A stretch of 64,000 bases of DNA from an uncultured Hyphomicrobiales bacterium (GTDB taxonomy: Bacteria > Pseudomonadota > Alphaproteobacteria > Rhizobiales > Beijerinckiaceae): the NCBI GenBank assembly GCA_903885755.1, contig CAISJZ010000220.1, positions 1,367 through 65,366 on the forward strand, in the 5' to 3' direction. The notes beneath the pieces were generated by a model. It was not told the DNA's origin. It worked only from the letters and a program-made list of their open reading frames with translations, and did not search any database. A program made the position numbers and the translations under genes. Shown piece by piece: positions 31,660-42,974 of the stretch. Numbering within the stretch: position 1 is the stretch's first letter; each line of letters begins with the position of its first letter.

Positions 31660-32271
31660 TTGTATCCAGCTGGGTCAAAGGCCGGGAGGTGGGGTCCCGC
31701 AACCTGGAAACGGACGTTGGTTCGTCGCCTCGTTGTATCTCCATCCTGGTACAATAGATCGAAAGGTCGATTGCGCGTTGGGCCTATCGTCATGAGCTGC
31801 GCGCTTGGACGCGCCGGCGTTTTCAGCACCAAGCGGGAAGGAGATGGCGCGACGCCAGCCGGCGAATTCCGGTTGCTCAAGGGCTTCATGCGGCGCGATC
31901 AAGTTCGAGTGAATTCATGTTCGACGTTCGCCAATCCGCTTCGGCCGTCCGACGGATGGTGTGACGATCCTCGATCCGGCGCCTACAACCTTTCCGTACA
32001 ACTGCCATTTCGCGCCAGCCACGAAAGAATGTGGCGGAACGACCATCTCTACGACGTCGTCATTATACTGGATCACAATCGTCGCCCTCGCCGAAGGAAT
32101 GGCGGTAGCGCGATTTTCTTTCATTTGGCCGATGACGCCTACAACGCCACGGCTGGGTGTGTCGCCATTTCGCTTCGAGACATGAGACGTCTGCTACCAC
32201 GCCTTGCACCGTCCGCCATGTTGCGCGTTCTGCTACCCGGCGGCCAAAATCCGCGTCCCAAAAATCGCTGA
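31660..32271 (+). CDS. L,D-transpeptidase (YkuD) family protein
   Basis: KREGDGATP.G, GWCDDP...YN and GSAIFFH...TAGCVA catalytic His/Cys. The start is uncertain. Confidence 0.85.
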   Translation: MYPAGSKAGRWGPATWKRTLVRRLVVSPSWYNRSKGRLRVGPIVMSCALGRAGVFSTKREGDGATPAGEFRLLKGFMRRDQVRVNSCSTFANPLRPSDGWCDDPRSGAYNLSVQLPFRASHERMWRNDHLYDVVIILDHNRRPRRRNGGSAIFFHLADDAYNATAGCVAISLRDMRRLLPRLAPSAMLRVLLPGGQNPRPKNR

Positions 32272-32982
32272 CCCCACTCGCACGTGTGTCGCGCCCGCCT
32301 GAATTGCAAGTTCGAAATCGGCGCTCATTCCCATGGACAGCGCCTTTAACCCATTGCGTTTCGCGATCGTCCCGAGCAGGGCGAAATGCGGAGAACGCTG
32401 TTCATGCTCGGGCGGAATGCACATAAGTCCTTCGATCGGAAGGGAAAGTTTCGCGCGGCAGTAAGCAATAAACGCATCCGCGTCCTCCGGTAAAACGCCT
32501 GCCTTCTGCTGCTCTGATCCTGTATTGATCTCAATGAGCAATTTTGGGTGTCTCCCCGTTCGCTGAATTTCCGCGGCAATCGCTTCGGCGATTCTCGGTC
32601 GATCGATCGTCTCGATGACGTCGAACAGGTCCACGGCTTCCCGAACCTTGTTTGTCTGCAACGGCCCTATGAGATGAAGCTCTATCCCCGGGAACCATTG
32701 CTTGAGTTGAGGCCATTTGGTCTTCGCCTCCTGGACCCGGTTTTCGCCGAAAACGCGTTCGCCCGCTTCCAGCAGCGGAATGACGTCTTCAACCGCGAAG
32801 GTCTTGGAAACGCAAACAAGCGTCACGTCGTCTGGCGCTTTCCCCGATCCGGTCGCAGCCATGGCCAAGTGCGCGCGGACGCGAGCCAACCGATCGACCG
32901 CGGCGGACCGCGCCGTCGCCGTTATCGCGAAGCCTGAATTTTCAGTGGAGTCTATCGATTGACCCCGTTCACTTTCGGCCAT
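32233..32982 (-). CDS. yggS: YggS family PLP homeostasis protein
   Basis: LVCVSKT, FGENRVQE, HLIGPLQTNK, GLMCIPP, LSMGMS.DF, RVGSAIFG. The start is approximate. Confidence 0.93.
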   Translation of the reverse strand: MAESERGQSIDSTENSGFAITATARSAAVDRLARVRAHLAMAATGSGKAPDDVTLVCVSKTFAVEDVIPLLEAGERVFGENRVQEAKTKWPQLKQWFPGIELHLIGPLQTNKVREAVDLFDVIETIDRPRIAEAIAAEIQRTGRHPKLLIEINTGSEQQKAGVLPEDADAFIAYCRAKLSLPIEGLMCIPPEHEQRSPHFALLGTIAKRNGLKALSMGMSADFELAIQAGATHVRVGSAIFGTRILAAG

Positions 32983-33103
32983 GGACATTTGCAGTTTGCT
33001 CGCGGTCGGGAGGCGGAAAATAGGGTTGGCGTGTTGACCTTGCGAAGAAAACCATGCTCCTTTGGCGCGATTTTGGCATCCATCGAATGGTCGCGAATAA
33101 AGC

Positions 33104-35731
33104 ATGTCGAGTGAGAGATATAACCCCCGTGAAACCGAACCCAAATGGCAAAACATTTGGGAAGCGCGGGGCACGTTCCGGACGGACAATCGAGACCCAA
33201 GGCCAAAGTACTACGTTCTTGAAATGTTTCCGTACCCGTCTGGCCGGATTCACATGGGACATGTCCGGAATTATGCGATGGGCGATGTGGTTGCTCGATA
33301 TCGCCGCGCCAAGGGCTTCAATGTTCTGCACCCCATGGGCTGGGATGCGTTCGGCATGCCGGCGGAAAACGCCGCGCGCCAGAATAAGACGGATCCAGCG
33401 AAATGGACTTATGAAAACATCGCAACCATGCGGTCGCAGCTCAAATCAATGGGCCTGTCCCTGGATTGGTCTCGCGAACTCGCAACCTGCGACCCATCCT
33501 ATTATCGACATCAACAGGCTCTCTTTCTCGATTTTCTGGCGGCCGGCCTGATTGAACGCAAGCAATCCAAGGTCAATTGGGATCCGGTCGATCAGACGGT
33601 TCTCGCCAATGAGCAGGTAATTGACGGAAAGGGCTGGCGGTCCGGCGCGCCCGTCGAACAGCGTGAACTGACTCAATGGTTCCTGAAAATTACCTCCTTC
33701 GCCCAGGATCTGCTGGATTCGCTCGATGGCCTCGAACGCTGGCCGGAAAAAGTGCGCCTGATGCAGAAGAACTGGATCGGAAGATCCGAGGGCCTGCGCG
33801 TGCGATTTGAGATCGACCCCGGAACACGATCGGGCGACGTGCGCGAAGTTGAAGTTTTCACGACCAGACCGGACACCCTGTTCGGGGCAAAATTCATTGC
33901 CGTATCTCCGGATCACCCTCTGGCAAGGCAGTTAGCGCTACAAAATCAAGAACTCGCTGATTTTATTGTAGAATGCGCTCACATCGGGACATCCGGCGCG
34001 TCAATTGAGACCGCGGAAAAGCGCGGGTTTGATACCGGTCTCAGCGTAGTGCATCCCTTCGATACCGGCTTGAAGCTTCCGGTCTACGTCGCCAACTTCG
34101 TGCTCATGGAATACGGAACTGGCGCCATATTCGGATGTCCGGCCCATGACCAGCGAGACCTCGACTTTACAAACGTCTACGGCCTGGGTTGCACGCCTGT
34201 CGTCTGCCCTCCGGATATGGACCCTTCGACGTTCGCGATTGACAAGGTTGCCTATGATGGCGATGGCAATATGATCAACTCGCGATTTCTCGACGGGATG
34301 ACCATCGAAGCGGCCAAGGAAGAGATCACCCGTCGTTTGACGGCAGATCAGCTGTTCGACAGTCCCCGTGCTCATCGAACCGTCAACTTTCGTTTGCGAG
34401 ATTGGGGAATTTCGCGCCAACGCTACTGGGGTTGTCCGATCCCGATCATTCATTGCGACGCCTGTGGCGTCGTTCCCGCCCCCAGGGACCAATTGCCCAT
34501 TCGCCTCCCGGAAACAGTGGATTTCTCGGCTACAGGGAATCCGCTGGATCATCATCCCACTTGGAAGCATGTGAAATGCCCCACCTGCCATGGGTCCGCG
34601 CGGCGCGAAACCGATACGATGGACACTTTTGTGGATTCATCCTGGTACTTCGCGCGCTTCACGAGTCCCGCGTTGACCTCGGCCGCAACCGATCCGGTCG
34701 TCGCCAATCACTGGCTTCCTGTCGATCAATATATCGGCGGTATTGAGCATGCGATCCTGCATCTTCTCTATTCCCGCTTCTTTACGCGGGCGATGCAACG
34801 CACCGGGCATCTCGATGTAAAGGAGCCTTTCGCCGGTCTTTTCACGCAAGGCATGGTTGTTCACGAGACCTACCGTTCATCGGATGGAAACTGGTTAGCG
34901 CCAGCGGAGGTTCGCGTTGAGACAAGTGGCGACCAACGACGGGCCTTCTCTTTGATCGATCAATCCGAAGCCGCTATTGGCGGCATCGAAAAAATGTCTA
35001 AATCCAGACGTAACGTCGTGGATCCCGACGATATAATAGCTTCCTTTGGCGCGGACACCGCGCGCTGGTTTATGTTGTCGGATTCGCCGCCTGATCGGGA
35101 CATCATCTGGAGCGACGAGGGCGTCCAGGGCGCCTCGCGTTATGTCCAGCAGATATGGCGCCTGATCGATGACCTGGCGTCCATCGGCGCGCCAACAGGA
35201 ACTCACGCCCCCAACAACCTTTCGGAAGCCGCGATTGTCATTCGCAAGCTCTCCCATGGGCATATTCGGCGGGTTGAGCAGAATATTGAGCGACTGCGCT
35301 TCAATACGGCTATCGCGGAAATCAGAAAATTCTCGAATGCCCTGATCGAGGCCTTGAACGATGAGACCGACACAATTCAGGCCGACAAGGCGTTTGCCTA
35401 TCGCGAAGCCGCTGAAGCGCTATCGCTCCTCATCGCACCGATGATGCCTCATCTGGCCGAAGAGTGTTGGGAGCGTCTGGGCTATCAAAGCCCAATCTCC
35501 GAGGCGAATTGGCCCATTGTTAATCCCGACCTCGCAACCGAAAATACGATCTTGATGCCGGTTCAGGTGAATGGGAAGAAGCGCGCCGAGTTGCTGGTTG
35601 ATCGCAATCTTGATTCGGCGAGCATCGAATTGGAAGCGCTCCAACTGGACGGAGTCATCCGCGCGATGGAAGGTCGACCAGCCAAGAAAATTATCGTGGT
35701 TCCTCAGAGGATCGTCAATGTCGTTGTCTAG
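33104..35731 (+). CDS. leuS: Leucine--tRNA ligase
   Basis: [36 protein letters not shown]. Confidence 0.98.
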   Translation: MSSERYNPRETEPKWQNIWEARGTFRTDNRDPRPKYYVLEMFPYPSGRIHMGHVRNYAMGDVVARYRRAKGFNVLHPMGWDAFGMPAENAARQNKTDPAKWTYENIATMRSQLKSMGLSLDWSRELATCDPSYYRHQQALFLDFLAAGLIERKQSKVNWDPVDQTVLANEQVIDGKGWRSGAPVEQRELTQWFLKITSFAQDLLDSLDGLERWPEKVRLMQKNWIGRSEGLRVRFEIDPGTRSGDVREVEVFTTRPDTLFGAKFIAVSPDHPLARQLALQNQELADFIVECAHIGTSGASIETAEKRGFDTGLSVVHPFDTGLKLPVYVANFVLMEYGTGAIFGCPAHDQRDLDFTNVYGLGCTPVVCPPDMDPSTFAIDKVAYDGDGNMINSRFLDGMTIEAAKEEITRRLTADQLFDSPRAHRTVNFRLRDWGISRQRYWGCPIPIIHCDACGVVPAPRDQLPIRLPETVDFSATGNPLDHHPTWKHVKCPTCHGSARRETDTMDTFVDSSWYFARFTSPALTSAATDPVVANHWLPVDQYIGGIEHAILHLLYSRFFTRAMQRTGHLDVKEPFAGLFTQGMVVHETYRSSDGNWLAPAEVRVETSGDQRRAFSLIDQSEAAIGGIEKMSKSRRNVVDPDDIIASFGADTARWFMLSDSPPDRDIIWSDEGVQGASRYVQQIWRLIDDLASIGAPTGTHAPNNLSEAAIVIRKLSHGHIRRVEQNIERLRFNTAIAEIRKFSNALIEALNDETDTIQADKAFAYREAAEALSLLIAPMMPHLAEECWERLGYQSPISEANWPIVNPDLATENTILMPVQVNGKKRAELLVDRNLDSASIELEALQLDGVIRAMEGRPAKKIIVVPQRIVNVVV

Positions 35732-36233
35732 AGCATCGATAAGCCGTTGGGCTTCAATCGCGTTTGCGGCAGTTGGGCTTTCTGGCTGTTTTCAGCCGCT
35801 TTATGGAAGCTCGTCGGGAACGGATATTGGCCGCGAAATGGCCGCGATCACGGTCACGCCCGCGCCTGACCGAGCCGGCTATTATTTGTCGAAGGAACTG
35901 ACTTTCGCCCTCAATGGCGGCGGTGAATCGCCGGGGCAAAAGTATCGACTGACCGTCAATGTCCATGAACGCGTGACGACCCCGTTGATCGATACGGTTA
36001 GCGGTCGCGCCTCTGCCGCAATTCTGGCGATCGACGTGGATTATAAGCTCGTATCGACGATCAATTCCGACGTGGTGGCGTCAGGCACCGCTTTCACGAC
36101 GGAAAGCTATGATCGATCGAGCCAACGCTTCGCCAACATCCGCGCGGCGCGCGATGCTGAAATACGCGGGGCAAAAGTGATCTCCGATCAGATCCGAACC
36201 AGGATAGCCGCCGCGCTCAAGACACGGGGTTAG
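35718..36233 (+). CDS. lptE: LPS assembly lipoprotein LptE
   Basis: Lipobox [10 protein letters not shown] and [12 protein letters not shown]; lies between leuS and holA. Confidence 0.88.
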   Translation: MSLSRASISRWASIAFAAVGLSGCFQPLYGSSSGTDIGREMAAITVTPAPDRAGYYLSKELTFALNGGGESPGQKYRLTVNVHERVTTPLIDTVSGRASAAILAIDVDYKLVSTINSDVVASGTAFTTESYDRSSQRFANIRAARDAEIRGAKVISDQIRTRIAAALKTRG

Positions 36234-36239
36234 AGCCTT

Positions 36240-37262
36240 TTGGTCGCCCTACGCAGTCACGAGGCCGATCGGTTCATATGGAGCTACACCGGTGGAGTTT
36301 CCGTGTGGCTTGTCCATGGCGCGGATTCAGGTCTGATCGACGAGCGAATTCAGTCGATTGTCCGAAAAGGCCTCGACGATATCAATGACCCATTTCAAAT
36401 GGTGCGGCTGACAGGCGATCAATTGTCGGACGACCCAGCGCTCCTGGCTGATGAGTGGAATTCTTTGGGTCTGTTCAACTCGCGGCGCGTGATCCGGTTG
36501 GAACTTGGTTCCAGGGATATCCAGGAGGACGTCAGGCGATGCCTTGAATCTCCGAACCAGACCTGCACGTTGGTCATTCGCGGCGCCGTGTTGAAGCGAG
36601 ATTCGGTCATCCGAACGTTATGCGAGCGCCACAGGGCCGCCGTGTCCATTGAATGCCAGCCTGACAACGCGGGCGATATCAAAAAGCTCATTCGGAAGGA
36701 GCTTCTCGACCGCGATGTCGAGATTCATGAAAATGTCCTCGACCATCTCGTTGCGATCCTCGGCGTTGATCGGCGGATGACGAGAAACGAGCTGGAGAAA
36801 CTGACGTCATATATAGGCAATCAACGCTTGGTCGAACTTGAAGACATCGAAGCAATCGTCGCTGATGCGGCCCCAAAACTGGGAGATGCTGTCATCGCGG
36901 CGGCTTTGCGTGGAGATATTCTGGAGGCTACCCTTGAAGCCGGTAGATCCCTGACCAGTCAGGCTGAATATGCCGCGATTTTGTCAACCTGTTTGCGAGT
37001 ATGCCTCCTCGTACATCGCGCCTGGGCTGAAATCGAGGGTGGCGCACAACGATCATTCGCTCAGGAAAAGGCGATTCGAAGCGCCGGGCCAATGCGAAAA
37101 TACATGCAGCCCATGCTTGACCAAAACAATCCCCAGGCAATTCTTGGATCAATCGAGATTATCCGCGAAGCCATCGGGCGCGCGCGCCGGGAACCGGATC
37201 TGAGCGAGATTATTGCGATCAGAAGTCTTTGGTCGGTCGCCTTGAGAACCAATCGAAGATAG
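36240..37262 (+). CDS. holA: DNA polymerase III delta subunit
   Basis: LVHG.D.GL..ER, DP..LADE, L.R.S..R..CE, RNELEKL..Y; follows leuS-lptE. Confidence 0.85.
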   Translation: MVALRSHEADRFIWSYTGGVSVWLVHGADSGLIDERIQSIVRKGLDDINDPFQMVRLTGDQLSDDPALLADEWNSLGLFNSRRVIRLELGSRDIQEDVRRCLESPNQTCTLVIRGAVLKRDSVIRTLCERHRAAVSIECQPDNAGDIKKLIRKELLDRDVEIHENVLDHLVAILGVDRRMTRNELEKLTSYIGNQRLVELEDIEAIVADAAPKLGDAVIAAALRGDILEATLEAGRSLTSQAEYAAILSTCLRVCLLVHRAWAEIEGGAQRSFAQEKAIRSAGPMRKYMQPMLDQNNPQAILGSIEIIREAIGRARREPDLSEIIAIRSLWSVALRTNRR

Positions 37263-37282
37263 GCGTTGCTGAATTCAGCCGG

Positions 37283-38152
37283 CTATCTCAAACGATCGCA
37301 AAGGGAATCTAGCTGATCGATCGAGGTATAGCGGATGCGAAGTTCACCCGCTTCGCCGCTGTGATGAATTTCGACCTTAAGTCCGAGCGAATCGGATAGT
37401 GATTTTTCCAGTTCACGGATATTGGGATCCTTGGTCGCCGCAGACTTTCGATTTTTGGTCTCCAGAGCGGTCTCGCCGACTCTCGCACGCTCTCGCGCCA
37501 AGCCCTCTATATCCCTGACGTTGAGTCCTTGATCCACAATCTTTCGTGCCACGTCTTCAGGATGGTCAAACGACAAAAGCGCGCGCGCATGGCCCGACGA
37601 TATGGAGCCGGTCTCAACCATCGTCAGCACCGTATCTGGAAGATTTAAGAGCCTTAGTGAATTAGCGACGTGGCTTCTGCTCTTGCCGATAATTTTGCTG
37701 AGATCGGACTGCGTATAGGCGAATTCCGTCATTAGCTGCTCATAGCCGCGCGCCTCCTCGATTGGATTGAGATCGGCGCGCTGTACGTTCTCGACGATCG
37801 CAAGTTCAAGGGACTCTCGCTCGGTGGCGTTTATGACGATGACTGGAATCTCATGCGAGCCGGCGCGCTGGGAAGCGCGCCAACGTCTCTCTCCAGCGAT
37901 GATTTCGTAATGGCGTGGCGCGTCATTCGCCGGCCGAACGATAATTGGTTGAATGAGCCCCTTTTCACGAATCGAGTTCGCCAATTCGTCCAGGCCTTCG
38001 TCGCTGAAGGCCTTCCGGGGATTGCGGGGATTTGGCCGAATAAATTCTATCGGCACGCGCCGACCGCGCTCGACAACCGCGCTTTCCGGACCAGCATCGC
38101 CGATCAGGGCGGCTAACCCGCGACCAAGCCTCGGACGTTGTTCTTCAGCCAT
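37283..38152 (-). CDS. parB: Chromosome partitioning protein ParB
   Basis: LGRGLAALIG, PNPRNPR, IIAGERRWRA, ENVQRADLNPIEEA and HTH GKSRSHVAN.LRLL. Confidence 0.97.
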   Translation of the reverse strand: MAEEQRPRLGRGLAALIGDAGPESAVVERGRRVPIEFIRPNPRNPRKAFSDEGLDELANSIREKGLIQPIIVRPANDAPRHYEIIAGERRWRASQRAGSHEIPVIVINATERESLELAIVENVQRADLNPIEEARGYEQLMTEFAYTQSDLSKIIGKSRSHVANSLRLLNLPDTVLTMVETGSISSGHARALLSFDHPEDVARKIVDQGLNVRDIEGLARERARVGETALETKNRKSAATKDPNIRELEKSLSDSLGLKVEIHHSGEAGELRIRYTSIDQLDSLCDRLR

Positions 38153-38181
38153 AGCAAATCTCGCAAACGAAGTCAGATATT

Positions 38182-38997
38182 TCAGGCGGCGCGCAGACGA
38201 TGCTCTCTTTGGATGACCTCCGAAGCAAGCTTAAGATAGGCTTGGCTTCCGCTGCATTTGAGATCGTAGAGAAGCACCGGCTTGCCATGGGATGGCGCCT
38301 CGGATACGCGAACATTTCTGGGAATGACGGTCTCGTAAACCTTGTCGCCCATGAATTGGCGAACGTCCGCGACAACCTGAGCAGCCAAGTTATTACGCGG
38401 ATCATACATCGTCAGAACCACGCCATGAATCGAGAGGTTCGGGTTCAATGTCTGTTTGACCTGCTCAACTGTCGAGAGCAACTGTGAAAGTCCCTCGAGC
38501 GCGAAAAACTCGCACTGCATCGGAACAACAACGCTATTCGCGGCGGCAAACGCATTGATCGTGAGCAGATTCAGGGAGGGCGGGCAATCGACCAGCATAT
38601 AGGTGAAAGATGGATGCTCGGCCGGCTCGGTCGCAAGCAGTTCCGAAACGGCGCGACGCAGCTTGAAAGCACGATCCGAATGCGAGGATATCTCCAGTTC
38701 GACACCCAACAGATCAAGGGTTGAGGGCGCGACAAACAACCTTGGGACAGCTGTTGGCATGATCGCCTGGCGAAGCGATGCCTCTCCAATCAAAACATCA
38801 TATGTCGAAACAGACCGCGACCGACGATCGATTCCCAGACCTGTAGAGGCATTTCCCTGCGGATCGAGATCGACGATCAATACCTGTTCGCCAATCGCGG
38901 CCAAGGCCGTGCCCAAATTGATCGCCGTCGTGGTCTTGCCAACGCCCCCCTTCTGGTTTGCGATAACAAGGACGCGTAACCGGGGGGCGGTCGACAC
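38182..38997 (-). CDS. parA: Chromosome partitioning ATPase ParA
   Basis: NQKGGVGKTTT, DLDPQGNAST, DCPPSL, QCEFFALEG, IPRNVRVSEAPS; likely GTG start at 38997 with AGGA upstream. Confidence 0.96.
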   Translation of the reverse strand: MSTAPRLRVLVIANQKGGVGKTTTAINLGTALAAIGEQVLIVDLDPQGNASTGLGIDRRSRSVSTYDVLIGEASLRQAIMPTAVPRLFVAPSTLDLLGVELEISSHSDRAFKLRRAVSELLATEPAEHPSFTYMLVDCPPSLNLLTINAFAAANSVVVPMQCEFFALEGLSQLLSTVEQVKQTLNPNLSIHGVVLTMYDPRNNLAAQVVADVRQFMGDKVYETVIPRNVRVSEAPSHGKPVLLYDLKCSGSQAYLKLASEVIQREHRLRAA

Positions 38998-39007
38998 TGT
39001 TTCAATC

Positions 39008-39667
39008 CTACTGGTTCTCGCCGCCAGGAAGTGGGGAGACAACGGCAATTTTGCCCGCTGGATCACTCTTGCTTGGCCGTATTTCTATATGTTTCCTACT
39101 ATAGGGAGGAATCTCGGTCAATTCAGCCGCAATATCTTGACCCTTGAGAAATACCCCCGTTGCTCCCGTTCTTAACAGGGGCGACGCGAGTTCAACGAGA
39201 CGCGAAAGCGGTGCGAGAGCCCTCGCCGTTACGGCCTGAGCTACCAATTCACCGGCGATATCCTCGATTCGCGCCCTGTGGACTTCAGTCCTGGCTCCAG
39301 TTTCCCGCGATACTTCGCGCAAAAACGCACATTTTTTTGCGTCTGACTCAATAAGATGGACGATCCCATTGGAACGGTCCCGAATCTGAATCGCGATTAC
39401 AAGGCCAGGAAAGCCGGCGCCGGATCCCATATCGACCCAAATGTCTGCCGATGGAAGAATTTCAAGTATTTGCGCGGAATCGGCAAAATGGCGAGTCCAA
39501 ATGTCCGGAACGGTCGACGCCGAGATGAGATTGATCTTCGCCTGCCAGCGCCGCAGAAGGGTTTCGTAAACTTCCAGGCGTTCAAATGTTTCACGTGAAA
39601 CACAAATACCAGGCACGATTTCGATCCCCCCCATATCGCTCGTTCCCGATAATATCTCTGTCAACAT
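39008..39667 (-). CDS. rsmG: 16S rRNA m7G527 methyltransferase RsmG (GidB)
   Basis: VSRET, W...INL, RHFADS, DMGSGAGFPG, VTARALA, FLKG. The start is 39667 or 39634. Confidence 0.93.
   Translation of the reverse strand: MLTEILSGTSDMGGIEIVPGICVSRETFERLEVYETLLRRWQAKINLISASTVPDIWTRHFADSAQILEILPSADIWVDMGSGAGFPGLVIAIQIRDRSNGIVHLIESDAKKCAFLREVSRETGARTEVHRARIEDIAGELVAQAVTARALAPLSRLVELASPLLRTGATGVFLKGQDIAAELTEIPPYSRKHIEIRPSKSDPAGKIAVVSPLPGGENQ
39587..39602. promoter_or_regulatory. parS centromere site (inside rsmG 5' region)
   Basis: Perfect palindrome TGTTTCACGTGAAACA. Confidence 0.95.
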
Positions 39668-39672
39668 TGTGC

Positions 39673-41547
39673 TTAAGTGGCGATCGAAAATCGTCTGAGA
39701 TACCCGATAAGTGTTGTCAGCGCCGCCGGCGTCATTCCCTCGAGGCGAGAAATCTGACCAAGTGTCCTTGGCTTGACAATCTCAAGACGCTGCGAAATCT
39801 CGATCGAAAGTCCGCCAATCCCGGCGTAATCAATTTCCTTCGGGATTTCGACACTCTCATGTTTCCTGAAGGCTTCGATATCCGCTCGTTGTCGATCCAG
39901 ATAGACGCTGTATTTCGCGTCATTTTCGATTTGGGCGATTGCCTTCTGCTCGATATTTCCCAAAAGCGGCCATATCTTCAAAAGATCCGCTAATTGGATT
40001 TGGGAGCTGCCAAGCAATTCAAATCCATTCCGCCGGACACCGTCCTGATTGACGATAACGCCAAACCTGGCGAGTTCAGATGGGGTTGCTATAAGCCCAT
40101 TCAGGATGTCTCTTGCTTCATTCAGACCGCGCATTTTCTTGCGATGGAATGCCGCGCGGTCGGGTCCGACACAACCCAACTCGATGCCACGATCGGTTAG
40201 ACGCTGGTCGGCATTGTCAGCACGCAGGCTCAAGCGAAATTCAGCGCGAGACGTGAATATCCGATACGGCTCCGTCACACCACGTGTAATCAGATCATCG
40301 ATCATGACGCCGATATAAGCTTCGGATCGATCAAATATGACCTCCTTTGCCTGCGCGGCTTTCGAGACAGCATTCAACCCAGCCATCAATCCCTGTGCAG
40401 CGGCTTCCTCGTAGCCCGTCGTGCCATTGATTTGACCAGCCAGAAAGAGCCCCGATATGCGCTTGGTTTCGAGAGTGGGTAGAAGCTCCCGGGGATCCAC
40501 ATAGTCATATTCGATCGCATATCCCGGCTGAAGAACACGCACTCCCCTGAGACCCGGTATCGTCCTTAAAAACGGTTCCTGAACATCCAGAGGCAATGAA
40601 GTTGAAATCCCGTTGGGATAGACGATCGAGGTTTCCAACCCTTCCGGCTCAAGGAATATTTGATGGCTATCTCGATCCGGAAAGCGAGTGACCTTATCCT
40701 CTATGGAAGGACAATACCGAGGGCCCCGCCCGACAATCGCGCCGGAGAACATCGCGGCGCGATGGATATTATCTCGAATAATTTGGTGACCCGCATTGGT
40801 CGTCCGGGTGATGTGACACATCACCTGAGGTTGGTCAGTTCGCGATGTCCGATAGGAGAAAAATTCCGGGTCCGAATCGCCTGATTGCGGTTCTGTTTCT
40901 TCCCAGCAAATCGACGAGCCATCGAGGCGCGGCGGCGTCCCGGTCTTGAGCCGCCCCAAAGCGAAACCATGCGCCATGAAGCTCTGGGAAAGTCTGACGC
41001 TGGCCGGATCACCGATACGACCTCCTTGCCGTTTTGAATCGCCAAAGTGCATCATTCCCCGCAAGAACGTTCCCGTGGCGACAACGAGCGAACCGCAGGC
41101 GAATCGATTGCCTCGCCGGGTCTCGACAGCAGTTACACGACCACCGGCAGTGATTATTTCGACCGCGCCATCCTCAAGAACCGCCAAATTCTCGTGGCTA
41201 GTCAATTCGTTCCGTATTCCACCGCGATAAAGGTTCCTGTCGATCTGGGCGCGCGGCCCCCGCACAGCTGGTCCCTTCGATCGATTGAGTAATCGAAACT
41301 GAATGCCTGCCTGGTCGGCGATCCGGCCCATCACACCATCAAGGGCATCAATTTCCCGAACAAGGTGACCCTTGCCCAATCCGCCAATGGCGGGATTACA
41401 TGACATAACTCCGAGATCGTGAATGGAATTCGTAAGGAGCGCGGTGCGGGCGCCCATGCGTGCGGCGACGGCGGCGGCTTCGCACCCCGCATGGCCGGCC
41501 CCAATGACGATGACATCAAAACTCGGATACATGGCATCTCTCTGCAT
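39673..41547 (-). CDS. mnmG: tRNA modification enzyme MnmG (GidA)
   Basis: [53 protein letters not shown]. Confidence 0.97.
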   Translation of the reverse strand: MQRDAMYPSFDVIVIGAGHAGCEAAAVAARMGARTALLTNSIHDLGVMSCNPAIGGLGKGHLVREIDALDGVMGRIADQAGIQFRLLNRSKGPAVRGPRAQIDRNLYRGGIRNELTSHENLAVLEDGAVEIITAGGRVTAVETRRGNRFACGSLVVATGTFLRGMMHFGDSKRQGGRIGDPASVRLSQSFMAHGFALGRLKTGTPPRLDGSSICWEETEPQSGDSDPEFFSYRTSRTDQPQVMCHITRTTNAGHQIIRDNIHRAAMFSGAIVGRGPRYCPSIEDKVTRFPDRDSHQIFLEPEGLETSIVYPNGISTSLPLDVQEPFLRTIPGLRGVRVLQPGYAIEYDYVDPRELLPTLETKRISGLFLAGQINGTTGYEEAAAQGLMAGLNAVSKAAQAKEVIFDRSEAYIGVMIDDLITRGVTEPYRIFTSRAEFRLSLRADNADQRLTDRGIELGCVGPDRAAFHRKKMRGLNEARDILNGLIATPSELARFGVIVNQDGVRRNGFELLGSSQIQLADLLKIWPLLGNIEQKAIAQIENDAKYSVYLDRQRADIEAFRKHESVEIPKEIDYAGIGGLSIEISQRLEIVKPRTLGQISRLEGMTPAALTTLIGYLRRFSIAT

Positions 41548-41581
41548 TGATCGACAAATCGGAACGGAGCCGATTCATCGG

Positions 41582-41597
41582 TGTTTCACGTGAAACA
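41582..41597. promoter_or_regulatory. parS centromere site (mnmE-mnmG intergenic)
   Basis: Perfect palindrome TGTTTCACGTGAAACA. Confidence 0.95.
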
Positions 41598-41602
41598 ATT
41601 TG

Positions 41603-42922
41603 CTACTTACCCATGCAGAAGCGTCGGAAAATTTCGTCCAGAACATCTTCATTCTCGATTACGCCAATCAGATTTTCCAAGTACCGCGCTGCCAGACGCA
41701 GTTCTTCAACGACCAGTTCGAAGGCTAGGGCGTCCCTACCTGCATTGCAAATAGCTGTCAGAGAGCCTTCAATTTCCTTACGCTGCCGCGCGCGGGTAAT
41801 CCCCCCGAACTCAACGCCGCCGCGATCGAAGCCAAGACGCGACTGGATAATCGAAAGGAGATCGTCGACGCCGCTTTTTTCAAGAACTGAAATGCGGCAG
41901 CGGTCATCTGAAAATACGCGCGATTCCAGATCGGGTGCCAAGTCTGCCTTAGTCTCAACACGACATATTCGATCGCGATCGAGGCTTGGCGGCGGCGGAT
42001 CGGGACCACCGATCTCATTGAGCCACAAAACGAGATCAGCGGTTTCTGCTCGCGCCCGGGCCCGCTGTATGCCTTCAAGTTCAATTTCGTCATTGGTCTC
42101 CCGAATACCCGCCGTATCGACAAATGTCACGGGAGCTCCGCCAAGATCGATCCGAACTTCGATCAAATCCCGAGTCGTGCCCGCCCTCGAGGAAACAATC
42201 GCGACATCACGCTGCGCCAGGGCATTCATCAGCGCCGACTTGCCGGCATTTGGAGGCCCAAGAATTACGACCGAATATCCGTCGCGTATGCACTCGCCGC
42301 GCCGATTATCCCCAAGAAAGCTCCGAATTTCATCAGCAAGTCGATTCACGCCTACCGAAATCTCGGACTGAATCGAAGTCGGCGCGTCGCCCTCGTCGGC
42401 AAAGTCAATAAATGCTTCGATGAGCGCCAATAACGAAAGCAACTCTTCACGCCAGCCAGATGCGCGCCGCGCCAAGCTGCCCGTCAGTGCCGAAAGCGCT
42501 TGTTTTCTCTGAAGTTCCGTTTCCGAATCGATGAGATCGCCAAGGCCTTCGGCGGCCGTAAGATCAATCTTGCCATTGATAAAAGCCCTGCGCGTAAATT
42601 CCCCTGCTTTCGCCGGCCGGCTGTTGGCAAATTTACCTAATGCCTCAAGAAGGCTTATGATTACGGCACGACTTCCATGAACCTGAAATTCCGCGCAGTC
42701 CTCTCCGGTAAAGCTGGTTGGACCTGGAAACCAGAGCGCCAAGCCACGATCCAGGAGTTCCCTGCTCAATGGATCCCGTATATCGACCATCTTCGCAATC
42801 CGAGCATTCAGGGTCGCCCCGGTCATTACGTTGACTATCGTACCGGCCTGAGGTCCGGAGATGCGAATAACTGATACTGCGGCGGGAGGAGGTCCGCTCG
42901 CCAGAGCGAAAATAGTATCCAT
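41603..42922 (-). CDS. mnmE: tRNA modification GTPase MnmE (TrmE)
   Basis: [34 protein letters not shown] and C-terminal F..FC.GK. Confidence 0.96.
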   Translation of the reverse strand: MDTIFALASGPPPAAVSVIRISGPQAGTIVNVMTGATLNARIAKMVDIRDPLSRELLDRGLALWFPGPTSFTGEDCAEFQVHGSRAVIISLLEALGKFANSRPAKAGEFTRRAFINGKIDLTAAEGLGDLIDSETELQRKQALSALTGSLARRASGWREELLSLLALIEAFIDFADEGDAPTSIQSEISVGVNRLADEIRSFLGDNRRGECIRDGYSVVILGPPNAGKSALMNALAQRDVAIVSSRAGTTRDLIEVRIDLGGAPVTFVDTAGIRETNDEIELEGIQRARARAETADLVLWLNEIGGPDPPPPSLDRDRICRVETKADLAPDLESRVFSDDRCRISVLEKSGVDDLLSIIQSRLGFDRGGVEFGGITRARQRKEIEGSLTAICNAGRDALAFELVVEELRLAARYLENLIGVIENEDVLDEIFRRFCMGK

Positions 42923-42974
42923 ACCGCCGCCTCCCTAGCGTCGGAGATCTACCCCACAGGGGTTGGGGAAACTC

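Noticed and set aside
32983-33189. Long N-terminal extensions in the ORF track (yggS, parA, LON-domain gene, secB, glnK, lptE)
   Set aside because: They are artefacts of choosing the most upstream start. They overlap neighbouring genes or promoters, and better RBS-linked starts lie downstream.
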